DNA of 16,035 nucleotides from a bacterium (GTDB lineage Bacteria; Cyanobacteriota; Vampirovibrionia; Gastranaerophilales; JBAXKC01): NCBI GenBank assembly GCA_037137535.1, contig JBAXKC010000050.1, positions 1 to 16,035 of the forward strand, read 5' to 3'. Shown piece by piece: positions 15,840 to 16,035 of this stretch (position 1 is its first letter; each line of letters starts with the position of its first letter). The notes under the pieces were generated by a model. It saw only the letters and a program-made list of their open reading frames with translations, ran no database searches and was not told where the DNA came from. The position numbers and the translations under genes were made by a program.

Positions 15840-15884
15840 AAGGCTTTTTATTATACTGATTAACTAATTTTATACGAGCATAAA

Positions 15885-15993
15885 AGTTTTCGTAAAAGAA
15901 AAAACCAAAGCTCAACCACTAAGGAGCGGTTTGCTTCTTTTCTCAAGAATTATATTGTGCAAAACGACTCAATGAGTAAGAAAATAAGAAGCT
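15885..15993 (+). repeat. Dispersed structured repeat, copy G (3'-truncated)
   Basis: AGTTTTCGTAAAAGAAAAAACCAAAG...GAGCGGTTTGCTTCTTTTCTCAAGAATTATATTGTGCAAAACGACTCAATGAGTAAGAAAATAAGAAGC. Similarity stops before AGTAGCGGTC. Confidence 0.88.
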
Positions 15994-16035
15994 GTTTGGT
16001 TAAAAATGAAACAAAATCAGTAAAATAGAGTCTAT

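Noticed and set aside
3130-15993. Repeat family as a CRISPR array, intact IS or tRNA/rRNA
   Set aside because: Copies are long, dispersed, divergent and on both strands. There is no repeat-spacer periodicity, cas gene, transposase ORF or cloverleaf.

Overview
AT-rich bacterial window (roughly 30% GC by eye; protein N-termini tentatively suggest Melainabacteria/Vampirovibrionia, by inference only). It holds eight ORF-track genes: an MgtA/MgtB Mg2+ P-type ATPase, an 86-aa acidic protein, an MCP, a TPR-glycosyltransferase, a 362-aa orphan, a Pseudomonas-type GH13 isoamylase with a ~70-aa N-terminal extension, a GNAT and an atypical S8 subtilase. Two short ORFs are missing from the track: a 15-aa MgtL-like leader peptide (MDPEASSFICLITIW) inside a predicted RBS-sequestering RNA switch upstream of mgtA, and a 40-aa signal-peptide-like protein ending in SAGACA. 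The most striking non-coding signal is a multi-hairpin dispersed repeat (up to ~270 bp) with 7 copies in 16 kb, filling most intergenic regions. Six copies lie co-oriented just downstream of a gene, the stems show compensatory changes, and four copies carry a CGTC-type REP-like palindrome at a fixed position. Several proteins lacking Sec signals share low-complexity N-termini with S-x-x-[LI]-x-AY-x-L and/or [VI]-[AS D]-F motifs, suggesting a non-Sec export signal on possible host- or prey-directed hydrolases.
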